From NCBI GenBank assembly GCA_016200005.1, contig JACQFP010000066.1, forward strand, positions 13,578-77,577: a stretch of 64,000 nucleotides of DNA, written 5' to 3'. The notes beneath the pieces are model-generated. The model did not search any database. It was given only the letters and a program-made list of their open reading frames with translations, and was not told the origin of the DNA. A program made the position numbers and the translations under genes. This DNA is from Verrucomicrobiota bacterium (GTDB lineage Bacteria; Verrucomicrobiota; Verrucomicrobiia; Limisphaerales; PALSA-1396). Below, piece by piece: positions 13,539 through 23,779 of this stretch. The stretch's first letter is position 1. Each line of letters starts with the position of its first letter.

Positions 13539-15266
13539 ATGAAAAAACTGGCAAAGGTTTTATTGGCCTGTCTTCCGGGGATATTTGCATTGGTGGTTCA
13601 CGCGCAAAGTCCGTTCTCGGTCTTGCCGCGCGCGGAATTCAATAACGGTGGAGTGGTGGTGCAGGTTGCGTTTGATTTTCCGACCAACCACGTTCTGTAC
13701 GCGGACAAACTTCACCTGGAACTTTCCGGCCAGGAGTCGCCGGCCACGTTCAATCTGGCCGAACCACGACTCGTTCAGGACAAGTTCAGTGGCAAACAGA
13801 AGCGCGTGTTCACTCAGCCGTTCAAGGCGAGTTGCGAATTGGCTGCAGTGCCGTCAGCCAATCTCATGCTGAAGGTTCATTTACAAGGTTGCGACGAGGC
13901 GAATTGTTTCTTCCCGGAAGATAAGATGTTTACGATCACTCCGGGCGGTTCGATTACCGAGGTTGACTTGCCCCGTGGAGTAGCGGTGGGTTCATCGCCG
14001 AGAGTGGGTGGTGGCTTTACTCCACGGGGCGAGCCGGCAGAAGCAAGTTTCTCGGCGGCACCACGCGAATGGCGTGCATTGGCGGAAGGTTTCACCGTGG
14101 CGGATCGCGGCAGCGGTTACATGAACGAAAAGGAGTTCCTCGGATTTCTCAACAAGGCCCAATCCGGCCAGGTGGTGGCAGAGACGCAACAAACTCGGAG
14201 CGGATTCCTGGGTGTGCTGCTGACCATGTCGCTGATCTTGCTCGGCGGCGTGGCGCTGAATCTTACGCCGTGCATTCTGCCGATGATCCCGATCAATCTC
14301 GCCATCATCGGGGCGGGCGCGCAGGCGGGATCGAAGCGGCGCGGATTTGCCTTGGGCGCCACGTACGCCGCGGGTATGGCCATCGCTTACGGTGTGCTGG
14401 GTCTGTTCGTTGTCCTGACCGGCTCGAAGTTCGGCACGCTGAATTCGTCGCCCTGGTTCAATCTCGGCATCGCCATAGTTTTCGTGCTCTTGGCACTCGC
14501 CATGTTCGACGTGGTTTCGATTGATCTTTCCCGTTTTCAAAGTGGATCAACGCGCAACTCCGCCGCGTCCAGAAGCAAATTTGTCGTGGCTTACACCATG
14601 GGAACCGTCGCTGCGTTGCTGGCCGGCGCGTGCGTGGCGCCGGTCGTGATTTCCGTGTTGCTTCAAGCGACGGCGTTGCACGCCAAAGGTCTTACCATTG
14701 GTCTGCTGCTGCCGTTTCTCCTCGGCGTCGGCATGGGTTTGCCCTGGCCGTTTGCCGGTGCGGGACTTTCATTCTTACCCAAGCCGGGCAAATGGATGAT
14801 GCGGGTGAAATACGGGTTTGGCGTAATGATTGTTCTTTTTGCCGCGTACTATGGTCATCTGGCATTCGGTCTTTTCCAATCCGAATCAATGATCCTGGCT
14901 CGCGCAGCCGGCAAGTCTGCGGATGAGACCGAAGTCTTCAGCGAACGGTTAACTCAGGCGTTGCGCGAGTCCCGCACCGATGGTCGGCCGGTGTTCATCG
15001 ATTTCTGGGCGAGTTGGTGCAAGAACTGTTCCGCGATGGAGCATACGACATTTGCCTCGGCGGCCGTGAAACGTCGTCTCGCTGATTTCCATGAAGTGCG
15101 TCTGCAAACCGAGAGGCCCAATCAAGCTCCTGCCAAAGAGGTGCTCGACCACTTCAAGGTGATGGGATTGCCGTCCTTTGTCGTATTGACGCCAAAGAAT
15201 TCCAACTCGTCACCTGTGGCTAAATCCGCAGTCACCGCAGTTGTATCGCGGCGTGCCGATGATTAA
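13539..15266 (+). CDS. DsbD-like thiol:disulfide interchange protein (N-terminal periplasmic domain, CcdA-type membrane core, C-terminal thioredoxin)
   Basis: LNLTPCILPMIPINL membrane-core motif, multiple TM helices, C-terminal FIDFWASWCKNC. Confidence 0.85.
   Translation: MKKLAKVLLACLPGIFALVVHAQSPFSVLPRAEFNNGGVVVQVAFDFPTNHVLYADKLHLELSGQESPATFNLAEPRLVQDKFSGKQKRVFTQPFKASCELAAVPSANLMLKVHLQGCDEANCFFPEDKMFTITPGGSITEVDLPRGVAVGSSPRVGGGFTPRGEPAEASFSAAPREWRALAEGFTVADRGSGYMNEKEFLGFLNKAQSGQVVAETQQTRSGFLGVLLTMSLILLGGVALNLTPCILPMIPINLAIIGAGAQAGSKRRGFALGATYAAGMAIAYGVLGLFVVLTGSKFGTLNSSPWFNLGIAIVFVLLALAMFDVVSIDLSRFQSGSTRNSAASRSKFVVAYTMGTVAALLAGACVAPVVISVLLQATALHAKGLTIGLLLPFLLGVGMGLPWPFAGAGLSFLPKPGKWMMRVKYGFGVMIVLFAAYYGHLAFGLFQSESMILARAAGKSADETEVFSERLTQALRESRTDGRPVFIDFWASWCKNCSAMEHTTFASAAVKRRLADFHEVRLQTERPNQAPAKEVLDHFKVMGLPSFVVLTPKNSNSSPVAKSAVTAVVSRRADD
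13966..14034. repeat. Family B palindromic element, copy 1 (intragenic, in frame, 23 codons)
   Basis: GCCCCGTGGAGTA (13970-13982) and TACTCCACGGGGC (14018-14030) are perfect reverse complements separated by 35 nt. Flanks GACTTG / GAGCC match the other copies. Confidence 0.8.
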
Positions 15267-15289
15267 TTCAAATATTTTCAGGACGTACC

Positions 15290-18200
15290 ATGAAGATTAT
15301 CAAGCTTCCCTCTTTGTTATTGACGGCTGCACTGCAAGTTCTGCCAATTACTCGCGTGTTTGTCGCCACGAGTCCGGCGACTGGATCGAGCTTTGCCATC
15401 GTTTCGACCTGGATCGCCGGTGCTGTCGCGCTGCTGGGCAGTTACGATGCGATGTCCGGAGCTTCAACTGTCATCACCAGTCCCAAGACTGCAACCGCAA
15501 CAAACGGTGTGCCGTTTTCTTACCGGATCACCACGGGGCCGGAAGTGGCAAATACTTTTGCCGCGACTCCGTTGCCTCCTGCTCTCACCGTCAGCAGCAC
15601 CTCTGGAAGAATTACCGGAACACCGACGGTGGATGGAGTGTTTGTCATCCATCTGACAGCTTCCGACAACAACATGCCGAGTCGGACGGTCACAGCCGAC
15701 CTCTCTTTGACAATCCTTCCGCCGGTCACAAGTGGAACCGCACCATCAATCACTTCGCAACCGACTAGCCAGACGGTGACGGCGGGTGGCAACGCAACTT
15801 TTAGCGTCACTGCTACAGGGACCGCGCCGTTGAGCTATCAATGGCGGTGGAACGGAACAAGTCTTGGTGGTGCCAATGGTGCGACGCTGAATCTCACCAG
15901 TGTTACCACCAACCAAGCCGGCACATATACCGTGTTGATCAGCAACTCAGTTGGCTCGGTCACCAGCAGCTCGGCCATCCTGACCGTAAGCCCGGCCGCC
16001 GTTGCTCCCGCGATCGCGACGCAGCCGGCGAGTCAGACGATAACCGAAGGCGGCAACGCAAGTTTCAGCGTCACTGCCACTGCCACGGCGCCTTTGAGCT
16101 ATCAATGGCGGTTGAATGGGGCAAATCTTGGAGGAGCCAACGGCGCGACGCTGAACTTGACCAGCGTCACCACCAACCAAGCAGGCACTTACACTGTGTT
16201 GATCAGTAGCTCAGCCGGCTCGGTCACCAGCAGCCCGGCCATCCTGACGGTAATCCCGTTGACTGTAGCTCCGACGATCACAACGCAACCGGCCAGTCAG
16301 ATGGTCACGGCGGGTGGGACCGCAACTTTCAGTGTCGCCGCCACCGGCACGGCACCATTGAGTTATCAATGGCGGTGGAATGGGTCGAATCTCGGCGGTG
16401 CAACCGGTTCGACATTGAACCTGACTGGTGTGACCACCAATCAAGCCGGTAATTATACGGTGATCGTCAGCAACATGGTCGGATCGGTCACCAGCACTCC
16501 GGCCATCCTCACCGTGAATCTGGCGGCGGTGGCCCCGACCATCATGACTCCTCCGGCGAATCAGACCGTAAACGCGGGTGGGAACGCAACTTTCAGTGTC
16601 ACCGCCGCGGGCACCGCGCCGTTGAGCTATCAATGGCGGTTAAATGGATCGAATCTTGGCGGTGCAACGAGTTCGACAGTGAATCTGAACGGCGTGACCA
16701 CCAACCAAGCCGGCGCTTACACCGTAGTGGTGAGTAATCCAGCCGGCTCGGTCACTAGCAGTCCAGCCATCCTAACCGTAAACTTGGTGGCCCCGACCAT
16801 CACGACCCAACCAGCCAATCAGAACGTGACGGCAGGCGGTAACGCAACTTTCAGCATTACCGCCGCGGGCACCGCGCCGTTGAGTTATCAATGGCGGTTA
16901 AATGGATCGAATCTTGGCGGTGCAACGAGTTCGACAGTGAATCTGAGCGGCGTGACCACCAACCAAGCCGGCAGCTACGCGGTGCTCGTCAGCAACCCGG
17001 CCGGTTCGGTGACCAGCAGTCCGGCCGTGCTCTCCGTCACCGTCGTTGTGGTAAATCACGCGCCGACAATCTCAGCGATCGCGAACCAGACTGTCTTGAT
17101 GGACATGGTAACCGCACCAATCGCATTCACGATCAGTGACCTCGAGACGCCGGCGGCGAATCTCTCGCTTGCCGCCAGTTCAACCAACGAAAGCCTTTTG
17201 CCAGCGACAAGCGTCGTCTTCGGCGGAAGCAGCAGCAATCGCACGGTGACGCTAACACCGTCGGCCGGCCAGTTTGGTAACACGGAGATCACGATTGTGG
17301 TGAGTGATGGCAGCGCCACCGCAGCCATCAAATTCCTGTTGAGTGTGCAACCGCCGGTCATTTCGACCAATCAACTGACCCTCATCAAGAATGGATTGGG
17401 AAGCGTGACACCGGACTTGACCAAAACGCTCCTGACCCTCGGTCGAGTTTACACCATCACCGCCATTCCTGACGCCGGTCAGTTGTTCGCCAATTGGAGC
17501 GGGAGTCTCGCCTCATCCTCACCGACGATCAGTTTTCTCCTGACTTCAAATCTTGTGCTCCAGGCCAACTTCATCCCAAGTCCCTATCCTTCCGCCCAAG
17601 GCGACTACGCCGGTTTGTTCTATGAAAATGATGCGGTGCGACAGTCGAGCGCCGGCTTCTTCACGGCATCGTTGACGTCGCGCGGCACATATTCCGGCAG
17701 TCTGCAGATGGGCGCAAACCGTTACTCCTTCAACGGCCAATTCAATCTTCCGGGTCAGGCCACCAGCGTCATCGCCCGTTCCGGCGACAACCCTTTGACC
17801 ATGGACTTCCAGATCGGTGTCGGATCTCAGTCCGATCAAATCACCGGCCGCGTCACTGACGGCAAGTGGGTTTCACCATTGCTTGGCCATCGGGCCGTGT
17901 TTAATTCCAAAACCAGACCGTCACCGTACGCGGGCCAATACACACTGGTCATCCCTGGACGCGCCAACGATCCGTCCGTTCCGGCTGGCGATGGTTTCGG
18001 CAGCGTGCGCGTTGACAGCAGCGGCAAACTGAAGTTTACCGGCTTGCTGGCTGATGGTACCAAAATCAGCCAGGGCGTTGGCCTCTCGAAAAATGGTCTC
18101 TGGCCGCTGTACGTCCCGCTCTACTCTGGTCAAGGCTCGCTGGTAAGTTGGCTCACTTTCACCAACCAGCCCAAGAGTGATCTGAAAGGCACCGTTAGTT

Positions 18201-18592
18201 GGATCAAGCCCGCCAATCGGAACTCGCGGCTTTATCCGAATGGCTTTAACCACGGCTGCGAAGTGCTCGGCTCGGTTTACACCGCGCCGGTCGGCGGCAG
18301 AGGCCACGTGTTGAACCTCGCCAATGCCTCGGTGATGTTCAGCGGTGGAAACCTGGCTTCGAGCTTCACCAATGCCGTGACGATGGCGTCGAACAATCGG
18401 GTCGCCAATCTGAGCGCCAATCGTCTGTCACTGATTTTCTCCAGTGCGACGGGGACGTTCAAGGGCAGCGTGGAAGATCCAGCGAGCAGGGCCACGTGGA
18501 CCTTCAGCGGTACCGTATTGCAGAAACTCAACGTCGGCTGTGGCTTCCTGCTCGGCAACAACCAGAGTAGTCAAGTCGGCATCGCGCCGTAA
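15290..18592 (+). CDS. Secreted protein with multiple Ig-like domains
   Basis: Signal peptide, a putative-Ig segment (FSYRITT...GRITGTPT), then five SYQWR(W/L)NG Ig repeats, a cadherin-like segment and a large C-terminal domain. Confidence 0.85.
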   Translation: MKIIKLPSLLLTAALQVLPITRVFVATSPATGSSFAIVSTWIAGAVALLGSYDAMSGASTVITSPKTATATNGVPFSYRITTGPEVANTFAATPLPPALTVSSTSGRITGTPTVDGVFVIHLTASDNNMPSRTVTADLSLTILPPVTSGTAPSITSQPTSQTVTAGGNATFSVTATGTAPLSYQWRWNGTSLGGANGATLNLTSVTTNQAGTYTVLISNSVGSVTSSSAILTVSPAAVAPAIATQPASQTITEGGNASFSVTATATAPLSYQWRLNGANLGGANGATLNLTSVTTNQAGTYTVLISSSAGSVTSSPAILTVIPLTVAPTITTQPASQMVTAGGTATFSVAATGTAPLSYQWRWNGSNLGGATGSTLNLTGVTTNQAGNYTVIVSNMVGSVTSTPAILTVNLAAVAPTIMTPPANQTVNAGGNATFSVTAAGTAPLSYQWRLNGSNLGGATSSTVNLNGVTTNQAGAYTVVVSNPAGSVTSSPAILTVNLVAPTITTQPANQNVTAGGNATFSITAAGTAPLSYQWRLNGSNLGGATSSTVNLSGVTTNQAGSYAVLVSNPAGSVTSSPAVLSVTVVVVNHAPTISAIANQTVLMDMVTAPIAFTISDLETPAANLSLAASSTNESLLPATSVVFGGSSSNRTVTLTPSAGQFGNTEITIVVSDGSATAAIKFLLSVQPPVISTNQLTLIKNGLGSVTPDLTKTLLTLGRVYTITAIPDAGQLFANWSGSLASSSPTISFLLTSNLVLQANFIPSPYPSAQGDYAGLFYENDAVRQSSAGFFTASLTSRGTYSGSLQMGANRYSFNGQFNLPGQATSVIARSGDNPLTMDFQIGVGSQSDQITGRVTDGKWVSPLLGHRAVFNSKTRPSPYAGQYTLVIPGRANDPSVPAGDGFGSVRVDSSGKLKFTGLLADGTKISQGVGLSKNGLWPLYVPLYSGQGSLVSWLTFTNQPKSDLKGTVSWIKPANRNSRLYPNGFNHGCEVLGSVYTAPVGGRGHVLNLANASVMFSGGNLASSFTNAVTMASNNRVANLSANRLSLIFSSATGTFKGSVEDPASRATWTFSGTVLQKLNVGCGFLLGNNQSSQVGIAP
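15740..17044 (+). repeat. Five tandem coding repeats, period about 258-264 bp (Ig-like domains)
   Basis: Repeat starts at 15740, 16004, 16268, 16532 and 16790 (APxIxTQP...). 16628..16688 is identical to 16886..16946. Confidence 0.9.
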
Positions 18593-18618
18593 TCACTCAC
18601 CGCGGCTTGGCTTCTTTT

Positions 18619-19719
18619 TCACCGCGCCGAAGGAACTTCTCCATTACCTCCGGGTCGTCCAGTTGGAAATGGTAACGGCCGGGCTTTTAATTCTGCGATG
18701 GCGATGCCGGATTCGCCGGCCACCGAATAGAGCAGATAGACGCGGCCTTGCTCGACGAAGATGGCGGGATCCCGCAGCGCGTTCTCCTGGCCTTTCACCG
18801 CGCCGGCAGCCGACTTCTTCAGCGGCAGACGCGCGCCTTCCCATTCGGTTTCGGGTCGCAAAACTTCTTCCGGCACCGAGGTCCTCCAGGTCTTCCAGTC
18901 GCCGGTCATTTCGAGGTGGCAACGCACGAGGTGTTCGGGTTCATCGCCGATGTTCGAGTAATAAATCCACAGGCGATTGCCTGACCGGTGCAGCGCAACG
19001 TGGCGGGGTCCGGGACTGTTATATTCTTTGTCCCGCAGTTCGCTGCCGGGAAATGGATTCGGACCTTCCTCAAAATCCTTCAGTCCATCACGCGAACGGT
19101 AGAGCAGTCCACCCTTGCCCATGGCGTACCACCAGCCGTTCCATCGGAAAACGCGCCAGTAGAAAATCCCCAGGATCTCATCAGTTGCTTTGAAGCGGAG
19201 ACCATCAGGGGAAACGGCGACAAATGTTTTCTGACCCCGGGCGGCTTTGGCCGGGCCGTGGAAATACATCCGAATTTCCCTCCGCTGCTCGTCCACATGA
19301 ACATCGGGTGAAGCAATGTGACCCTTGCAACCAGGCGCTTCCTCCAGTCGCAGTGTGCCCGGCTCGTAAATCTTCCACGGCCCTTCAAGCGTGTCGGCAC
19401 AGGCGAGCCGAATGTACTTGCCGCTGTGGTGGGCGAAGTAGAGATAGTAATTTCCCAACCGGTTGGTGACCCACAAGGGCACGCGAATGAGCGAGGGACC
19501 GTTGATGTTATTGCCATCACCGCCCGGCAGCATTTCCGGCCGGATGATGGGGTTGTGGTCGAAGCGGCGAACTTGCAAGGGTTCGCCACTCGCGGCCGGG
19601 AAAATGACGGCCAAGACAAACAAAAGCGCCAGCGCCAGCCGCGCAGCATTGCAGTGGGTGGCGGAGCCGACTTCCTCGAAGCGCACAGTTACAGGATACA
19701 AGTCATTGCCGGAATGCAT
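18619..19719 (-). CDS. Secreted beta-propeller glycoside-hydrolase-like protein (GH43/GH32-superfamily-like); function uncertain
   Basis: HNPIIRPE...NINGPSLIRVP...YYLYFAHHSGKYIRLACADTLEGPW pattern. Family assignment is tentative. Confidence 0.5.
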   Translation of the reverse strand: MHSGNDLYPVTVRFEEVGSATHCNAARLALALLFVLAVIFPAASGEPLQVRRFDHNPIIRPEMLPGGDGNNINGPSLIRVPLWVTNRLGNYYLYFAHHSGKYIRLACADTLEGPWKIYEPGTLRLEEAPGCKGHIASPDVHVDEQRREIRMYFHGPAKAARGQKTFVAVSPDGLRFKATDEILGIFYWRVFRWNGWWYAMGKGGLLYRSRDGLKDFEEGPNPFPGSELRDKEYNSPGPRHVALHRSGNRLWIYYSNIGDEPEHLVRCHLEMTGDWKTWRTSVPEEVLRPETEWEGARLPLKKSAAGAVKGQENALRDPAIFVEQGRVYLLYSVAGESGIAIAELKARPLPFPTGRPGGNGEVPSAR

Positions 19720-19773
19720 TCGAGGGAGAATTGAATATTCTCTAATCCTGATCCAGGCAAAAGGGAGGTGGGT

Positions 19774-20601
<828 letters not shown>

Positions 20602-20654
20602 GTGAGTGTCCTGGAAGCGCGGGCAGTGACCACGCTTCAGAGGATACCCCCAGG

Positions 20655-21818
20655 TCATGGATAAACTTTTTGTACCCGGTAGAACAGCGCACTGTCCGAA
20701 GATGCGGTGTTCGTGTAACTGGTGGTAAAGCCGCCGGTCGTGTTGGTGGAAATGGAGGTCCAAGTATTGAAGTCGGTGGAGGTTTGCACCACGTATTCGC
20801 AAACATCAACCGCGGTCGATTCCCACGTAATGATGTTGTCCCCCGTGGAGTTGTCTCGTTCGAAACCGGTAATGTTAAATCCGTAATAGGCCTTCAAATT
20901 GGAGACAGTAAAACTGCCCGGATTGTAACCAAAGAAGTGCTCATTAGCTCCCGTTCCGAACAGACAAAAGCCAAAGACGTTGACATTGGTCCAAGGTGAA
21001 GTACCGACCGGTGAGATTCCGCCATTATGGTCGTCGCCAGTGCCTCCTGGAACTGGTGCGAAAGCGGCGTGATTGATGGCCGGGCCGGCGCTATTGCTCC
21101 AAACAGAGTCCACCTGAAGGCCCGAAGGAGTTCGTTCTACAGAAAATCTGATGTGTTGCACGGTTGTTGTGTCCACTCCCATGCCAACGCCGTTTGGAGC
21201 GCTGCCCCCACCTACGCTGGAGCCATTGAAGTCGCCGAAACTGCCAAAGCTGTAGTTCGTTGGATTGTTCGGATTTGTCAGGTCGGGGGGCATGAATAAG
21301 TAGAAGCCCGTTCCCGAATCGACCCAGTTGGTATCCTGCGTCATCGTCGAATCATAGCGAAAGGTCGAGCCACTCGTTGTCCCCATACCCAAAAACTCGC
21401 CCCATGCGTTATTGCAATTGGTGTCGCCCATCGAGAATCGGAATGAACCGACGTTGGTTGAATCGGCCAGGTCATTGAATTTCACGTCGAAGGAAAAGGT
21501 GACCCGCTGACCGTTGTTGGTAATCGGCTGTCCGGCAAAAATTGTATAGAGGCGCGGCAGGTATTGGCTTTTGGACGGATACCCGGTGTAAGCGGGATAG
21601 TCCGGCCCAACAGCAATTCCGTTACTGCTAACCGTTGCGGTAAAGCCACTCGAGCTCTCCCCAGTGAGAGAGAGCAACCCGGCGGAAAAGCCTTGTTGTT
21701 CTTGCAGGTCATATTGGCCCCAAGTGCTGGACAAGGAGATCGGCTGAGCCTGAGTGGGTGTGGGCAGGAGAGCCGCCAGCAACAGACTGGCAGCGATGAG
21801 CAAAGGGAATCTTTTCAT
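20655..21818 (-). CDS. Secreted hypothetical protein
   Basis: Signal peptide [24 protein letters not shown]. Ser/Thr/Gly/Asn-rich beta-type sequence with no recognised motif. Confidence 0.65.
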   Translation of the reverse strand: MKRFPLLIAASLLLAALLPTPTQAQPISLSSTWGQYDLQEQQGFSAGLLSLTGESSSGFTATVSSNGIAVGPDYPAYTGYPSKSQYLPRLYTIFAGQPITNNGQRVTFSFDVKFNDLADSTNVGSFRFSMGDTNCNNAWGEFLGMGTTSGSTFRYDSTMTQDTNWVDSGTGFYLFMPPDLTNPNNPTNYSFGSFGDFNGSSVGGGSAPNGVGMGVDTTTVQHIRFSVERTPSGLQVDSVWSNSAGPAINHAAFAPVPGGTGDDHNGGISPVGTSPWTNVNVFGFCLFGTGANEHFFGYNPGSFTVSNLKAYYGFNITGFERDNSTGDNIITWESTAVDVCEYVVQTSTDFNTWTSISTNTTGGFTTSYTNTASSDSALFYRVQKVYP

Positions 21819-22085
21819 GGTTTTGGGTTTTTGTTTTTTTTGGACTTATTGGAGCAAGATTAGCATGGCGATGGCGGTCCCGCACAATACCTCAATTGAG
21901 GTATGAGTCGGTGCACCCCTTCGGAGGCGGGCAAGGGGTTGGTCGGCGGTTTCCGTCCAGTGGATAATGGAATTTACAACGGCAGGATGCAGTCGAAACG
22001 GATCGTGGCATTGGCGCCGCCGAACACCAACACAACCGCGGAGAATGAAAGCTCATACTGTTTGCCAAAATTAATTTTCGGATTG

Positions 22086-22147
22086 CCCCTCACCCCTTCC
22101 CTCTCCCCATCCGATGGGGAGAGGGTGGTCGAAGACCGGGTGAGGGG
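22086..22147. repeat. Nested hairpin repeat (SPSDGER family)
   Basis: Outer CCCCTCACCC / GGGTGAGGGG arms enclose the inner palindrome CCCTCTCCCCATC-CGATGGGGAGAGGG. Confidence 0.8.
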
Positions 22148-22249
22148 TCTGCGTGTTTCTATCCGGAAATTTATTTTGGCAACCGATCTATTCGTAACGC
22201 CTTTGAGCGACGCCTTGGTCGTGGGTTCCTCGCCAAAAGGCCAGGCGAT

Positions 22250-23626
22250 TCACAATCTCCAACCTTTACGATAGGCGGGGTGAATATAGGTATTGGCGGC
22301 CTCGTGGTTGGTGAATCGGGTCCGTTTGTCATCCCACTTCAGTGTCTGACCCGGGAAACGAATGGCGATCAGCCCGAGCAAAGCCAGTTGCGTGAGGGGG
22401 CCGCCGTAATCGAAATTAGACCCGGCTTGACGGCCCGTGCGAATCGCTTCCGCCCAATCCCAATGATGGTTTTTGACACGGGTGAGTTGTTGTGCCGGCG
22501 CATTTTTTCCGGAGTACTGCGCCATGAGGTTGTCCGGGATAATATAGCAACCACCGGCGCCGTGCGAACCGTGAACGATCATTCCCTTGTCGCCAAAAAG
22601 AATTGCGCCGGTGCCGGGAAGTTTGTCATCCGGCGTAAAATCCTTGGGTCTGGGAATCGTGCTGTTGCCATCAAACCAGACCAATTTGACCGGGCCGCGC
22701 GCTTTTTTTGCTGGAAACTCAAAGGTGATCTTCGTGGCCGGCGGGTACGTCAGACCCTGTTTCGCGGGATCATAGTCCGTCACCTCCGCCTGCACGGTTG
22801 TGGGCGCGTCGAGATTCAAAGCCCAGAAGGACGGGTCCACGACATGGCAAATCCAATCCCCAACCGCGCCACCGCCGAATGGCATCCAGCCGCGCCAATT
22901 CCACGGCACCCAGAGCGGTGAGTAGGGCCGGAATGGCACCGGACCGATCCAGAGATCGTAATCGAGTCCTGTAGGCACGTCGTGGTGCTCCTCCACTTTG
23001 GCTAGGTTGGGAATCTGGCAATACACATTCTTGAACGCATCGCAGCCAGCATGAATGGTGTGGACCTGGCCAATGGCACCCGCCCAGACCCACTCGCAAA
23101 GCCGGCGGATGGTATCAGTGGAGTGCCCCTGATTGCCGAGTTGGGTGATAACCTTATACTTGTGGGTGGCCGCCATCAGGCCGCGCACTTCATGGATGGA
23201 GTGGGCCAGCGGCTTTTCGCAATAGACATGTTTGCCGCGCCGCATGGCCTCCATTGCAATGACGGCGTGGGTATGATCCGGTGTGCCGATGATTACTCCA
23301 TCAATCCCCTTGCTCATTTTGTCGAGCATCACGCGGTAGTCCGTGAATCGCCTGGCGTCCGGATATTTCGCGAATTCCTTCGCGGCGTAATGTTCGTCCA
23401 CATCGCACAAGGCCACTAGGTTATGGCCCAGCTTGGCCAGTTCACCCACATCGGCTCCGCCGCGGCTGCCGATGCCGATGCCGGCCAGGTTGAGCTTCTC
23501 GTTTGGTGAAAGACGTTCCGCGCCGCGCAGCACGCTGCCGGGAAGAATGTTGAACAGGGCCACACCCGCGCCCGCGCCACGAATAAACTGTCTGCGGTTG
23601 ATCGAACTGGATTTGTGTTTTTTCAT
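22250..23626 (-). CDS. Gfo/Idh/MocA-family oxidoreductase with Tat signal
   Basis: SINRRQFIRGAGAGVALF twin-arginine motif, GIGIGSRGG Rossmann motif, EKPLAHS. Confidence 0.9.
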   Translation of the reverse strand: MKKHKSSSINRRQFIRGAGAGVALFNILPGSVLRGAERLSPNEKLNLAGIGIGSRGGADVGELAKLGHNLVALCDVDEHYAAKEFAKYPDARRFTDYRVMLDKMSKGIDGVIIGTPDHTHAVIAMEAMRRGKHVYCEKPLAHSIHEVRGLMAATHKYKVITQLGNQGHSTDTIRRLCEWVWAGAIGQVHTIHAGCDAFKNVYCQIPNLAKVEEHHDVPTGLDYDLWIGPVPFRPYSPLWVPWNWRGWMPFGGGAVGDWICHVVDPSFWALNLDAPTTVQAEVTDYDPAKQGLTYPPATKITFEFPAKKARGPVKLVWFDGNSTIPRPKDFTPDDKLPGTGAILFGDKGMIVHGSHGAGGCYIIPDNLMAQYSGKNAPAQQLTRVKNHHWDWAEAIRTGRQAGSNFDYGGPLTQLALLGLIAIRFPGQTLKWDDKRTRFTNHEAANTYIHPAYRKGWRL

Positions 23627-23779
23627 AGTGCGATTTTAGTCCCGCATTCCGATTTCTTACTGACAACCTTTCCGTTCGCCTGTTCCCATCGAAACCGGGA
23701 TCACTCCCAATACCAGAGGAAGCTCTCCCATTTTGCAAGCCCCACGTTGCACGTTGCGCCAGGAGGAAGAGATCCAGGC

